NCBI GenBank assembly: GCA_965224485.1
Contig: CBDCZH010000010.1
Location: 416,001-480,000, forward strand
From: Arcobacteraceae bacterium
Lineage (GTDB): Bacteria > Campylobacterota > Campylobacteria > Campylobacterales > Arcobacteraceae
Direction of reading: 5' to 3'
Length of the DNA stretch: 64,000 nucleotides
Part shown: positions 11,879 through 20,787 of the stretch, in pieces
Layout: each line of letters starts with the position of its first letter
Position numbering within the stretch: position 1 is the first letter of the stretch
Position numbers and translations under genes: made by a program
The notes under the pieces: model-generated
What the model was told of the DNA's origin: nothing
What the model saw: the letters and a program-made list of their open reading frames with translations, nothing else
Databases searched by the model: none

Positions 11879-13220
11879 TTATAATCTTTATAATAGTTTT
11901 TTCTAATACTTCTAGTTCCGCTTCTTGAATACTTCTAAAATCAAGTAAGAACTCATCATTTTGTATTCTTCCTATGATATTGTGAAATCTAAATTCTTTT
12001 TCAATTTTATTTGCCTTGTAGTTTTTATAAGAAATACTTAAAACAATACTAGGTATCTTTTTATTAGGAGTAGTTCCTCCTCCAATAACAGTACTTGCCT
12101 CTTTTATTTCACAGCTACAATACTTAGTAATTTTATCTTGTACATACTTAGCTCTTTGCTCTAAGATTGAGGTTTTAGTAAATAACATTTTTAATGTAGG
12201 TATTTCATCATAAGAACCTAATAAAATTGATTTAATGTTTTCTTCTAAAATAGCAAGTGTTATTTTATCAACTCTTAACATTCTTAAAAGTTGATTTTTC
12301 TTAAGTTCATCAATATACTTTTTTTTACCAACAATTATTCCAGCTTGAATAGAACCTAGGAGTTTGTCTCCTGAGAAACTAAGAAGAGACGGATTATCTT
12401 GCATTATTTTTAAAACAGAAGGTTCATTTAAATCTAAATTATAAGGTAAGTCAATCATATGCCCACTTCCCATATCGTAATAATCAATTACTTCATGATC
12501 TTTTGCAACTTGTATAATTTCTTTAAAAGAAACTTCTGCTGTGAAACCTTCAATAGTATAATTTGATTTATGAACTTTCATTAAAATAGAAGTATTTGAA
12601 TTACAAGCATCTACATAATCTTTAAGGTGGGTTTTATTAGTAGCTCCAATTTCGTTTAAAATAGCACCACTTTGTTTCATAACTTCAGGAACTCTAAAAG
12701 AACCACCAATTTCTACTAATTCACCTCTGCTTACTACTACTTCTTTATTTTTAGCAAAAGTATTTAGAATTAGAAAAACAGCAGACGCATTGTTATTTAC
12801 AATTAAAACATCTTCGCAGTCTAAGAGTTCACATAATACTTTAGAAATATGAGAATATCTTTCTCCTCTTTTCCCTTGTTTTAAATCGTACTCAAGATTA
12901 TTGTATGAAGTTATTAAATCTTTTACTTTTAAAAAAGTATTTTCATTTATTAAACTTCTTCCTAAATTAGTATGTACTATTACCCCACTTGCATTTATGA
13001 CTTTTTGTAAACTTGAAGAAGTTAAATTCTTATACTCTTTTAGGACATCTAAAATAATATGCTCTTCTTTGACTTCTTTTACATCATTTTTTAGAATATC
13101 ATCTCGTAGTTTTTTTATTATTCTTTTTGATATTTTTGTAATAAGTCTAGTAGACATACTATCAAAAGCCTTGTTTTGGATAAACTTATCCACTTTTGGA
13201 ATAGATTTTAGTAATAACAT
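11871..13220 (-). CDS. selA: L-seryl-tRNA(Sec) selenium transferase
   Basis: VINASGVIVHTNLGRS, VNNNASAV, SRGELVEIGGSFRVP, FSGDKLLG (PLP lysine). Confidence 0.97.
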   Translation of the reverse strand: MLLLKSIPKVDKFIQNKAFDSMSTRLITKISKRIIKKLRDDILKNDVKEVKEEHIILDVLKEYKNLTSSSLQKVINASGVIVHTNLGRSLINENTFLKVKDLITSYNNLEYDLKQGKRGERYSHISKVLCELLDCEDVLIVNNNASAVFLILNTFAKNKEVVVSRGELVEIGGSFRVPEVMKQSGAILNEIGATNKTHLKDYVDACNSNTSILMKVHKSNYTIEGFTAEVSFKEIIQVAKDHEVIDYYDMGSGHMIDLPYNLDLNEPSVLKIMQDNPSLLSFSGDKLLGSIQAGIIVGKKKYIDELKKNQLLRMLRVDKITLAILEENIKSILLGSYDEIPTLKMLFTKTSILEQRAKYVQDKITKYCSCEIKEASTVIGGGTTPNKKIPSIVLSISYKNYKANKIEKEFRFHNIIGRIQNDEFLLDFRSIQEAELEVLEKTIIKIIND

Positions 13221-13350
13221 TCATAAGCCTTCTTAATTTTAAAAGATTATAACAAAAGCCTAGTTTGATAGGTCTTAATGAAAGAATTAGAATTTAGCAG
13301 TTTTTTTATATATATTTTATTTTTTATGTAGTACAATTCATTTCCTAAGT

Positions 13351-13450
13351 TGGGGGGTATGTGATCCTGGTGGACACCGCAGGTTTCAACCCTGATCGGC
13401 GGTTTGTGTGTACACGCCGCGGTAGGTTCGATTCCTACACCTTCTCGCCA
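13351..13450 (+). tRNA. selC: tRNA-Sec (anticodon UCA)
   Basis: D-loop TGGT, anticodon arm CAGG-TTTCAAC-CCTG, long variable arm CGGCG...CGCCG, T arm GTAGG-TTCGATT-CCTAC, 3' ACCTTCTC-G-CCA. Divergent from selA; TACAAT -10 box at 13332-13337. Confidence 0.93.
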
Positions 13451-13562
13451 ACTTTAGTCTAAACTAATTCAAAATAATCTAATAAATCCCTTGTACTCAT
13501 CATTCTTTTAATTCTTATATGTTATAGTAATCTAACTTAATCCAATTGAAACTATAAAATAA

Positions 13563-13621
13563 TTGGGGGTAAAGTTGGGGTTAAAAATTTTTACTTTATA
13601 AAATATTAAATTTACCCCCAA
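13563..13621. repeat. Candidate integrase arm-type sites, left end
   Basis: TTGGGGGTA (13563), TTGGGGTTA (13575) and inverted TACCCCCAA (13613-13621): G-rich words in very AT-rich DNA. Confidence 0.65.
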
Positions 13622-13641
13622 ATAACAATGGAGTTTTTAGA

Positions 13642-14889
13642 ATGAGTAGGGAACTAAATCAACTAAAAGATGTAGAAATTAAAAAATCTAAAGCAAAAGA
13701 AAAAGCATACTATTTATCTGATGGTGGTGGCTTAAGACTTCAAGTAAAACCAAATGGAACTAAAGTTTGGGTGTATAGATTTATGATAAATAGTAAATCA
13801 AAAGAAACTACCTTTAAATCATATCCTACTGTTACGCTAAAAGAAGCAAGAGTAAAAAGAGATAAGTACAAAAAACTACTAAATGATAATATAAACCCAA
13901 TAGAGCATTATAGAAATGAAAAAGATAAGAAAAAAGTAGAAGATGATAATAGCTTTGAAAAAGTTCTTTACCAATGGTTAGATAATGAAGAACTAAAAAG
14001 CAAAAAAGAGCATAGCAGAAAAAAAAGACTTTTTGAAAAAGATGTATTACCACATTTCAGGTATAAAACAATTAGCACAATTACTATTCAAGACTTAGTA
14101 AGAGTATTAGAATCAAAAGATAAAACAGCTCCAAATATAGCCTCTAAAATGTATGGGTATTTAAAAAATTTATTTGGATATGCAGTATTACACGGGTACT
14201 GTGAAAGAAACCTTTTAGTAGATATAAATAAATCCCAAGTTCTTAAAAAAAGAGAAGTTAAACATATGTCTCAAATAACAGATAAGAAAGTATTAAAAGA
14301 GCTTGTAAACTCTATATACAACTATCAAGGTAGTTTTAGTGTAAGAAACTGTTTAAAGCTTGTTCTTCATATTCCTTTAAGAGCAGATAACTTATGTACT
14401 TTAAGATGGAGTGAAATAGATTTTGATAATAAGCTCCTTACTATACCAAGAGAGCAAATGAAATTTAAGAACATAAATATAGAAGATTTTAAAATGCCTT
14501 TAAGTGATGAAGTAATTACAATACTAAAAGAGCAACAAGAAGAACAAAGCCTTTATACTAATGAATTAGATTATGTATTTATAGGAATTGATAATAAGAA
14601 ACACATACATAGAGAGAGTCCTAATAATGCGTTACAAGTTATGAGTTTCAATGATGATAAAAAAGGTCGTAAGATACGGTTGCATGGCTTCAGAGGTACA
14701 TTTAGAAGTATGATAGATACATTAGATAAGAAAGGAAAATTTACTTTTGAAGCTAAAGAGAGAGTCTTAGACCATCACGATAAGAAAGTATCAACAAGAG
14801 CATATACACATAAGGGCGATTTTGAAGAACAGATAAAAGAACTTATGTATTATTGGAGTGAGTTTATTTTAAGTATGAGAAATAGATGA
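13642..14889 (+). CDS. P4-like tyrosine integrase
   Basis: Arm-binding domain (LSDGGGLRLQVKPNGTKVW..YPTVTLKEAR); catalytic R (PLRAD), HxxR (LHGFR), H (LDH), Y (RAY). Confidence 0.95.
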   Translation: MSRELNQLKDVEIKKSKAKEKAYYLSDGGGLRLQVKPNGTKVWVYRFMINSKSKETTFKSYPTVTLKEARVKRDKYKKLLNDNINPIEHYRNEKDKKKVEDDNSFEKVLYQWLDNEELKSKKEHSRKKRLFEKDVLPHFRYKTISTITIQDLVRVLESKDKTAPNIASKMYGYLKNLFGYAVLHGYCERNLLVDINKSQVLKKREVKHMSQITDKKVLKELVNSIYNYQGSFSVRNCLKLVLHIPLRADNLCTLRWSEIDFDNKLLTIPREQMKFKNINIEDFKMPLSDEVITILKEQQEEQSLYTNELDYVFIGIDNKKHIHRESPNNALQVMSFNDDKKGRKIRLHGFRGTFRSMIDTLDKKGKFTFEAKERVLDHHDKKVSTRAYTHKGDFEEQIKELMYYWSEFILSMRNR

Positions 14890-15629
14890 AAAATGAAATA
14901 TTATATAAAAGTATAGAAGAATGGCTTGATGTTCTAGTAACCTTTAATTCACTTGATAATGTAGAATACAAGAAACGTAATAATTTAGATAATCCTATAT
15001 ATAAAGATTTTCTTCATATAAAGAAGTTTGTAGAGGATGAACTTGACCGAAATACAAATAAAATATTTATAGATATAATAAATAAGTATGAAATATCTAA
15101 ATTTGTTGATTTTTGGGGTACTCATTTTAATATGTTAAAGTTAGCGATTGAAATGAATTATCAATTAAATGTTATGTATGAATACAATTTTCCTTATAAT
15201 GATAGTGCTAAATTAAAGAATAAGCTTATCGAAATTGAAAAAATTGCAAAAAGAGAGAATAAAGTAATTGGAATTATCCCTCTTAACGTAAAAGATTATT
15301 TATCTTTTTTTAAATTGAAATGTTGTGAAGTTTTCTTGAATAACAGCTTTATTTTTAATGGTATGGAAAAGAGGAAAAAAAATAAATTTAAAAATGACCT
15401 TATAGAAGATTTTATATTGGCTATCGTATCAGATAATTATATAAATGACAAAAAGTTTAATTCAAATATTAGAATAACTGTATATAATCTTAAAACATAT
15501 GAAAGAATAGTAAATGAAATACGTGGACGTAATAATTTAGAAAAATATTCTTATAAAAAAATATCTCCTCATGAAATTGAATATGTAGTAGAAAAATCTA
15601 ACCGTAAAAACAAATTCTATGTCCATTAG
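14886..15629 (+). CDS. Hypothetical island protein
   Basis: 247-aa ORF with ATGA overlap on the integrase stop; no motif recognised. Confidence 0.65.
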   Translation: MKNEILYKSIEEWLDVLVTFNSLDNVEYKKRNNLDNPIYKDFLHIKKFVEDELDRNTNKIFIDIINKYEISKFVDFWGTHFNMLKLAIEMNYQLNVMYEYNFPYNDSAKLKNKLIEIEKIAKRENKVIGIIPLNVKDYLSFFKLKCCEVFLNNSFIFNGMEKRKKNKFKNDLIEDFILAIVSDNYINDKKFNSNIRITVYNLKTYERIVNEIRGRNNLEKYSYKKISPHEIEYVVEKSNRKNKFYVH

Positions 15630-15802
15630 TAAACTTGGGACATAAGCAACAATATCTTTCCTAAAAGATTAATTTTAAAAAACTAAAATTACATTACTTT
15701 AAAGACGTCTAAAGTATATCAACAAAAACAAAAAATAAGTGTTGGTATTAAATCTTAAGCTTAAGTCCTTTTATTTATAGGTCATAAATAGAAAGATTTA
15801 TA

Positions 15803-15991
15803 ATGAACAAAGAAGAATTACAAACAAAAAAATATTATAGAGCAAAAGAAGTTGCAGAACTTCTAGGTATAGGAAAATCTACGGTTTGGCTATATTCAAA
15901 GCAAGGAAAACTTAAACCAAAAAAGTTAAGTTCAAGAGTTACTGTCTTTAGTATAGAAGATATAAACAGTCTTTTTGATGAGGTGCTTTAA
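15803..15991 (+). CDS. AlpA-family HTH protein (candidate excisionase/RDF)
   Basis: YRAKEVAELLGIGKSTVWLYSKQGKLKPKKLSSRVTVF. Confidence 0.88.
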   Translation: MNKEELQTKKYYRAKEVAELLGIGKSTVWLYSKQGKLKPKKLSSRVTVFSIEDINSLFDEVL

Positions 15992-15992
15992 T

Positions 15993-16310
15993 ATGAGTAA
16001 TATAGCATATAAAGCAACTAAATCAAATAAACCAATTAAATGGGGGCTTATTTATTCAAATAAAACTCTTCTATTATTGTATGCACTAGTAAATAATGAA
16101 AAACCAAGTGCAATAAATAACTATGGAATAAGTAGACCCTCTAATTATATTATAGAGTTAAGAAAGATACTTAAAGATAAAATATTAACAATAGAAATAA
16201 TTGGTCAGTCTTATGATGAATATAGATTAGTTGATAGTAAAGAAGCAAGAGAAAAAGCACTTGAACTAATAAAGGATATAAAATTAAAAGTAAATCAAAA
16301 ATGTTTCTAG
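15993..16310 (+). CDS. Hypothetical island protein, possible winged HTH
   Basis: ATG at 15993 with GAGG RBS; YGISRPSNYIIELRK resembles a recognition helix. Confidence 0.6.
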   Translation: MSNIAYKATKSNKPIKWGLIYSNKTLLLLYALVNNEKPSAINNYGISRPSNYIIELRKILKDKILTIEIIGQSYDEYRLVDSKEAREKALELIKDIKLKVNQKCF

Positions 16311-16386
16311 TTTTACTTTTATTTTATAAAAAATACACCGTACAATATATATCAAGTTAATCTAAAAAATTAAGAGAAATAATAAG

Positions 16387-16428
16387 CATAATCAAAGTCC
16401 AACGTTAATAGAAAGGACTTTGATTATG
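16387..16428. other. 14-bp inverted repeat, candidate double-strand origin/oriT
   Basis: CATAATCAAAGTCC - AACGTTAATAGAAA - GGACTTTGATTATG immediately upstream of the Rep-like gene. Confidence 0.5.
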
Positions 16429-16471
16429 TATTAAATATAGGTTTAAGAAAGCATCTTCTTAATATAAAGGT

Positions 16472-17149
16472 TTGAATATGAGTATATTACAAGAATTAGA
16501 AGACTTTATTAATGATTTTAATTTAGCTAATAATATAGATTTTGCTATAGATAGTATTAGAGTTGAATTTAGTAAAGAAAATAAAAAGAAGAATTTAGAG
16601 AAATTAGGAAAATGGAATAAGATTAAGAAAAATTCAAATATATTACACAAATTAAAAAGTAGATTATCAAGTGATGAGGTTACTAGTGCCTATCGATTAG
16701 AAAAAGAAAATATATATTATTACAATCATTCATGCCCTCCACATTATAGAAAAGCAACACTTGTAATTTTTGGAATGAAACAATATCACAAAGAACTACC
16801 TAAAAAAGAATATATCACAAAAATATTATCAATATTAAAAAATGTAAGTAATATTGATTTGTGTTTAGATTTAAAACATAAACCAAATATAGAAGCATTA
16901 AATCAATATTTAACATTAAAACAGTTTATTACAAAAAATGGAGTGTTTACAGATACGTATTATATAAATGATACAGATGTAAATATGATACGAAAGATTA
17001 TCATCTATGATAAAGCATTTAAAAATAAATTAGATTTTCCACTATGGAGAATAGAAGCTCAAATTATGATTCCAAATATAAAAGTATTAGCTCTACCTCT
17101 TCATGAATTAAAAGAAATCACAGATATTGCTAAGGGTAAATTTAATTGA
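16472..17149 (+). CDS. Putative Rep_trans-like rolling-circle initiator/relaxase
   Basis: IDSIR, NIDLCLDL (cf. RxDxAxD), TYY, IIYDK, WRIE occur in the order expected for Rep_trans proteins. Confidence 0.6.
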   Translation: MNMSILQELEDFINDFNLANNIDFAIDSIRVEFSKENKKKNLEKLGKWNKIKKNSNILHKLKSRLSSDEVTSAYRLEKENIYYYNHSCPPHYRKATLVIFGMKQYHKELPKKEYITKILSILKNVSNIDLCLDLKHKPNIEALNQYLTLKQFITKNGVFTDTYYINDTDVNMIRKIIIYDKAFKNKLDFPLWRIEAQIMIPNIKVLALPLHELKEITDIAKGKFN

Positions 17150-18246
17150 ACAAAATTTAAAATAAAATATATAATTTTTTAGACTTAGTAGTTATTCTTA
17201 TTACTGTCTCATTAATAATAATATTTTAATATATAATTATATATCATGTTCCTTATAGTATGAAAAATAATTAGAATGGAGTTAAAAATGTTTATGCCGT
17301 TTATTGTTTGGGTTATTTTATCTGTATTGGTTTCAATACTTGCATCAAAAAGAGGTAAGAATACTACTCTTCACTTTTTTAGTTCTTTACTACTAAGTCC
17401 ATTAATTGGGTTGTTAATTGTATTATTTAGTGAGAATAATACAAAAATGCGATGTACTAATTGTAAAGAAAAAATTAATAAAAATGCTAATATTTGCCCT
17501 TTTTGTTCTTCTGCTGTAAAAATAAAGAATCAATTAAATAAAATAAGAAAGATTAAAGAAGAAACTTATCAAATATCTATATTAAAAGATACTTCTATAT
17601 TTGATATGAATGATTTAAAAAAAATTATAATTAATAATTATGATGAAAATATAACAACTTCCATTTCAATTGATAATGAAAAATTATTTTCTATGAAAGG
17701 TAATAAAGTAAATGGTACTAGTACTTATATACAAATTGAAAATAAACTTGATAAATTTATTATTGAATCCTTTAATACTAATCTACCTAAAGAGTTAGAG
17801 GAGAAAGATTTTTTTGATGAAGCTAATAAGCAAAAAATAAATTCAAATGCTGATAAATTAATTGAATTATCTAAATTAGTAAAAGATGGACTATTAACAA
17901 AAGAAGAATTTAATGAGCAAAAAAAAATTATATTAAGTGAGTAGAAATACTTCTAAATGTTTAACCTACTGAAGTTTATAATCTAAATAGAAATGAATAG
18001 CATTAACTACTCAATTTTTATTTCTATCTAAACGAGACTAAAATATAATATAATATAATTAAGTCATACCATAAAGTAAAATACGATTATAGAAATAAAT
18101 TATAAGTTATACGAAAGATTATCATCTATGAAAAGCATTTAAAAATAAATTAGATTTTCCACTATAGAGAATAAAAACTCAAATTATGATTCCAAATATT
18201 AAATCTAATCTCTACCTCTTTATGAATTAAAAGAAACAATAGATAT
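16988..18246 (+). repeat. ~140-bp direct repeat of the rep 3' end (16988-17127 and a degenerate copy at 18109-18246)
   Basis: Both copies begin ATACGAAAGATTATCATCTATGA and share AAAGCATTTAAAAATAAATTAGATTTTCCACTAT...CTCAAATTATGATTCCAAATAT...CTCTACCTCTT...ATGAATTAAAAGAAA. Confidence 0.9.
17276..17944 (+). CDS. Membrane protein with zinc ribbon and C-terminal SHOCT domain
   Basis: Two TM helices, CxxC-x10-CxxC, LIELSKLVKDGLLTKEEFNEQKKIIL. Confidence 0.8.
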   Translation: MELKMFMPFIVWVILSVLVSILASKRGKNTTLHFFSSLLLSPLIGLLIVLFSENNTKMRCTNCKEKINKNANICPFCSSAVKIKNQLNKIRKIKEETYQISILKDTSIFDMNDLKKIIINNYDENITTSISIDNEKLFSMKGNKVNGTSTYIQIENKLDKFIIESFNTNLPKELEEKDFFDEANKQKINSNADKLIELSKLVKDGLLTKEEFNEQKKIILSE

Positions 18247-18315
18247 AAATAGTTTTTTATCTTAAATAGATTATAATAATATTATTATATATTTGTTATT
18301 TTAATAAGGAAGAAA

Positions 18316-18570
18316 ATGAAAAAAATATTTTTTACCACAATAGCTTTTTTATCTTTAGTTACTACACTTAATGCAACAGATGGTAATTTAACCAATAGTC
18401 AAGTTGATGCAGTTAAAAAATTAGTAAAATTATATGGGTATAGATGTGATAGTGTTAATTTTGCCATGCGTTCTAGTTGGGATGGTTCTATTCGATTTGT
18501 TTGTAATAATAATAGATATGTATATGAAGTAAAAGATGTTGGTGGTAATTGGACAGTTAAGGTAAAATAA
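18316..18570 (+). CDS. Small secreted protein (two Cys)
   Basis: AAGGA RBS, signal peptide, GYRCDSV...FVCNN. Confidence 0.75.
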   Translation: MKKIFFTTIAFLSLVTTLNATDGNLTNSQVDAVKKLVKLYGYRCDSVNFAMRSSWDGSIRFVCNNNRYVYEVKDVGGNWTVKVK

Positions 18571-18657
18571 AATTTTAATTATTAACTACTACTTATATAA
18601 ATATTACATTATCTAATATATAGTATAATATAGCTAAGTTATACTATAAGGTAAAAA

Positions 18658-18954
18658 ATGATTATAGAAATAAATGATGATTTATATGAAAGAATTTTAA
18701 CCATTGTAAAAAGTAAAAACATAACAGTATACGAAGAACTTAAAAGTATTCCTCCATATAAAAATAAATCAATAAAACATGCACGAGATACAAGAAGTGA
18801 AAATATTAAAGTAAACATCAATCAAGCTATAAAGGACTTAATAAATAAAAATATTAATCCAACAAAGTACCAAGTAAAGAAACTTACAAATATTTCTTAT
18901 GTTACTTTAAACAAATATTACGACATGATTTTAATTGAAAGTAAACAATTATGA
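18658..18954 (+). CDS. Hypothetical island protein with C-terminal HTH-like segment
   Basis: AAGG RBS; TKYQVKKLTNISYVTLNKYY. Confidence 0.65.
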   Translation: MIIEINDDLYERILTIVKSKNITVYEELKSIPPYKNKSIKHARDTRSENIKVNINQAIKDLINKNINPTKYQVKKLTNISYVTLNKYYDMILIESKQL

Positions 18955-19367
18955 GTGCTAAACACAAGGAGTTTATAATACTTCGTGCTGATGGTTCTAC
19001 CTTTGAAAGTATTGCAAAAACTCTAAAGACTTCAAAATCAACACTTATTAAATGGAGTAGATTATATCAAGATGAAATAAGTGATATACAATTTGAATCT
19101 ATGATAAAAATAAAAGAAGAGTTTTCCAATAATAAACTAAATAAATATAAAACACTATTGGAACAGTTAGAAAAAGTTGATAATGCAATTTTAGAAAAAG
19201 ATTTAAAAGAAGCTTCTCTTAAAGAATTGTTTTTAATTAAATCAAATATGAATAATCAACTTGAGAGATTAGAAGAAAAAACAGTTTTAAAATATAGTGG
19301 ATTATCTTCTTATAATGAATTTTTAAATAAAAATGAAGCATTAGTTATTAAATTAAATGAAATATGA
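18951..19367 (+). CDS. N-terminal HTH protein
   Basis: LRADGSTFESIAKTLKTSKSTLIKW; ATGA-coupled to the previous gene. Confidence 0.75.
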   Translation: MSAKHKEFIILRADGSTFESIAKTLKTSKSTLIKWSRLYQDEISDIQFESMIKIKEEFSNNKLNKYKTLLEQLEKVDNAILEKDLKEASLKELFLIKSNMNNQLERLEEKTVLKYSGLSSYNEFLNKNEALVIKLNEI

Positions 19368-19406
19368 TACTAAAACACTACTAAAGACTACTAAAAAGTA
19401 AAATAA

Positions 19407-19757
19407 ATGATTATGAAAGAATTAGAGTGTTTAAATAGTTTAGAGCCTTTAAAGAGCTTAGAAATCAATTTAAGAATAGAAGATACAAAGGTTTATTATT
19501 CAAATGTAAATTTATTATGTATGAGTATGAACTTTATATATAAATCAACTCTTATTTTAAATAGTATAGAAGTTAAAAGAAATAATAAAAGCTTAACAAT
19601 CCAAGAATACAAGAACCTAAGATATAATGCATATGTTAATACATTAAAAGCTAATTTATTACTTGATATAGAAAAAAGTTCTTATTTATTTTGGAATAAT
19701 GAAGATATTAAAAGTTACTTTGTATCTAAATTAAATAATAAAATTATTATTACTTAA
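19407..19757 (+). CDS. Hypothetical island protein
   Basis: 116-aa ORF co-oriented with its neighbours; no motif recognised. Confidence 0.5.
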   Translation: MIMKELECLNSLEPLKSLEINLRIEDTKVYYSNVNLLCMSMNFIYKSTLILNSIEVKRNNKSLTIQEYKNLRYNAYVNTLKANLLLDIEKSSYLFWNNEDIKSYFVSKLNNKIIIT

Positions 19758-19821
19758 TTATTTACTTTGATATTAATAAAATTTTATGTAAAGTATTGTT
19801 AATTTAAAAATAAGGAATGAT

Positions 19822-20598
19822 ATGAGAATAATAATTATGATAGTAACTACATTAGTTTTTTTTGTTGGATGTTCAAGTAATAATTTAGCTTTAAATAATA
19901 GCTATACTTTTAACAGAGTAATTAAATATCCAATTGTTTTAGATAAAAATTTTGAATCAATGTTTAGAACTATTAAAACAAAAGTAAGCTTTGTATTAGG
20001 CAAAGAAGAAAAAATAAATGCAAATATAATTACTAAAGTTGCAATACGTCAAATAAAAGATAAAACTAAAGTAATAGGTGAATTTAAAATAAATTCAAAG
20101 AGTGTTAATGACTCAATAAACTTTGATTATTCTCACAAATGTAAAAATGGAAAAATTGTTAATTTAGATTTTGATGTTAATATGGAAAGTAATGAATTAA
20201 AAACTGAAATACTTGAGAAAATGAAAACTTCTTCATATTCTTGTATTATGAATAAAAGTGTGAAAACTGGTGATATTATTCTTAGTTTAACAGAAGCCTT
20301 TAATAATAAAGATATTAAAGAAGTTCTTGGAAATAAGTCAGTAGATTTAGACTTTATTGTAAAAGGATTAGGTACATATAAAAATAAGGATGTAATAATT
20401 TCTGAACTAAACGTAAATAAGGTGTTTAATACAGATGATAAAAGATTGAAGCTTAACTTTATTGCAAATGGTGTACTTTTATTTACTCCTCCATTTAAAA
20501 CAAATATGTTATTCGAAACAAGTTTCAAAATTAATATTTTATATGATAATAGAATAGTTGGAGTATTTAAAACAGATACACATGAGTTTAACAAATAA
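19822..20598 (+). CDS. Putative lipoprotein
   Basis: AAGGA RBS; lipobox FVGC. Confidence 0.75.
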   Translation: MRIIIMIVTTLVFFVGCSSNNLALNNSYTFNRVIKYPIVLDKNFESMFRTIKTKVSFVLGKEEKINANIITKVAIRQIKDKTKVIGEFKINSKSVNDSINFDYSHKCKNGKIVNLDFDVNMESNELKTEILEKMKTSSYSCIMNKSVKTGDIILSLTEAFNNKDIKEVLGNKSVDLDFIVKGLGTYKNKDVIISELNVNKVFNTDDKRLKLNFIANGVLLFTPPFKTNMLFETSFKINILYDNRIVGVFKTDTHEFNK

Positions 20599-20661
20599 TT
20601 ATAATAGAATACTACTATTTAAAATAGTTAAATGACTTAATTATTATTAAGTAGAAAATTC

Positions 20662-20685
20662 TATTTGGGGGTGTATTTGGGGGTG
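20662..20685. repeat. Candidate integrase arm-type sites, right end
   Basis: TATTTGGGGGTG twice in tandem, ~60 bp inside attR; same word as the left-end repeats. Confidence 0.7.
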
Positions 20686-20787
20686 TTTATAGAATACATT
20701 CTAAATATACCTTTAATATAAGCTATTGAAGGTGTAACTTAGGGGGATACACCTTCGCCAACTTTTAGGTCTTATTTATTTGTTAAT

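Larger units (their letters stand above)
13436..20765 (+). mobile_element. ~7.3 kb integrative island inserted at the 3' end of selC
   Basis: Direct repeats TACACCTTCTCGCCAACTTT (13436-13455) and TACACCTTC--GCCAACTTT (20748-20765). Integrase directly behind the tRNA, AlpA-like and Rep-like genes, TTGGGGGT repeats inside both ends. Confidence 0.92.

Noticed and set aside
13348..13360. tRNA 5' end (TTGGGGGGTA) resembles the integrase arm repeats
   Set aside because: Explained by acceptor-stem pairing; probably coincidence.
13642..20598. Prophage
   Set aside because: No structural, terminase or lysis genes recognised.
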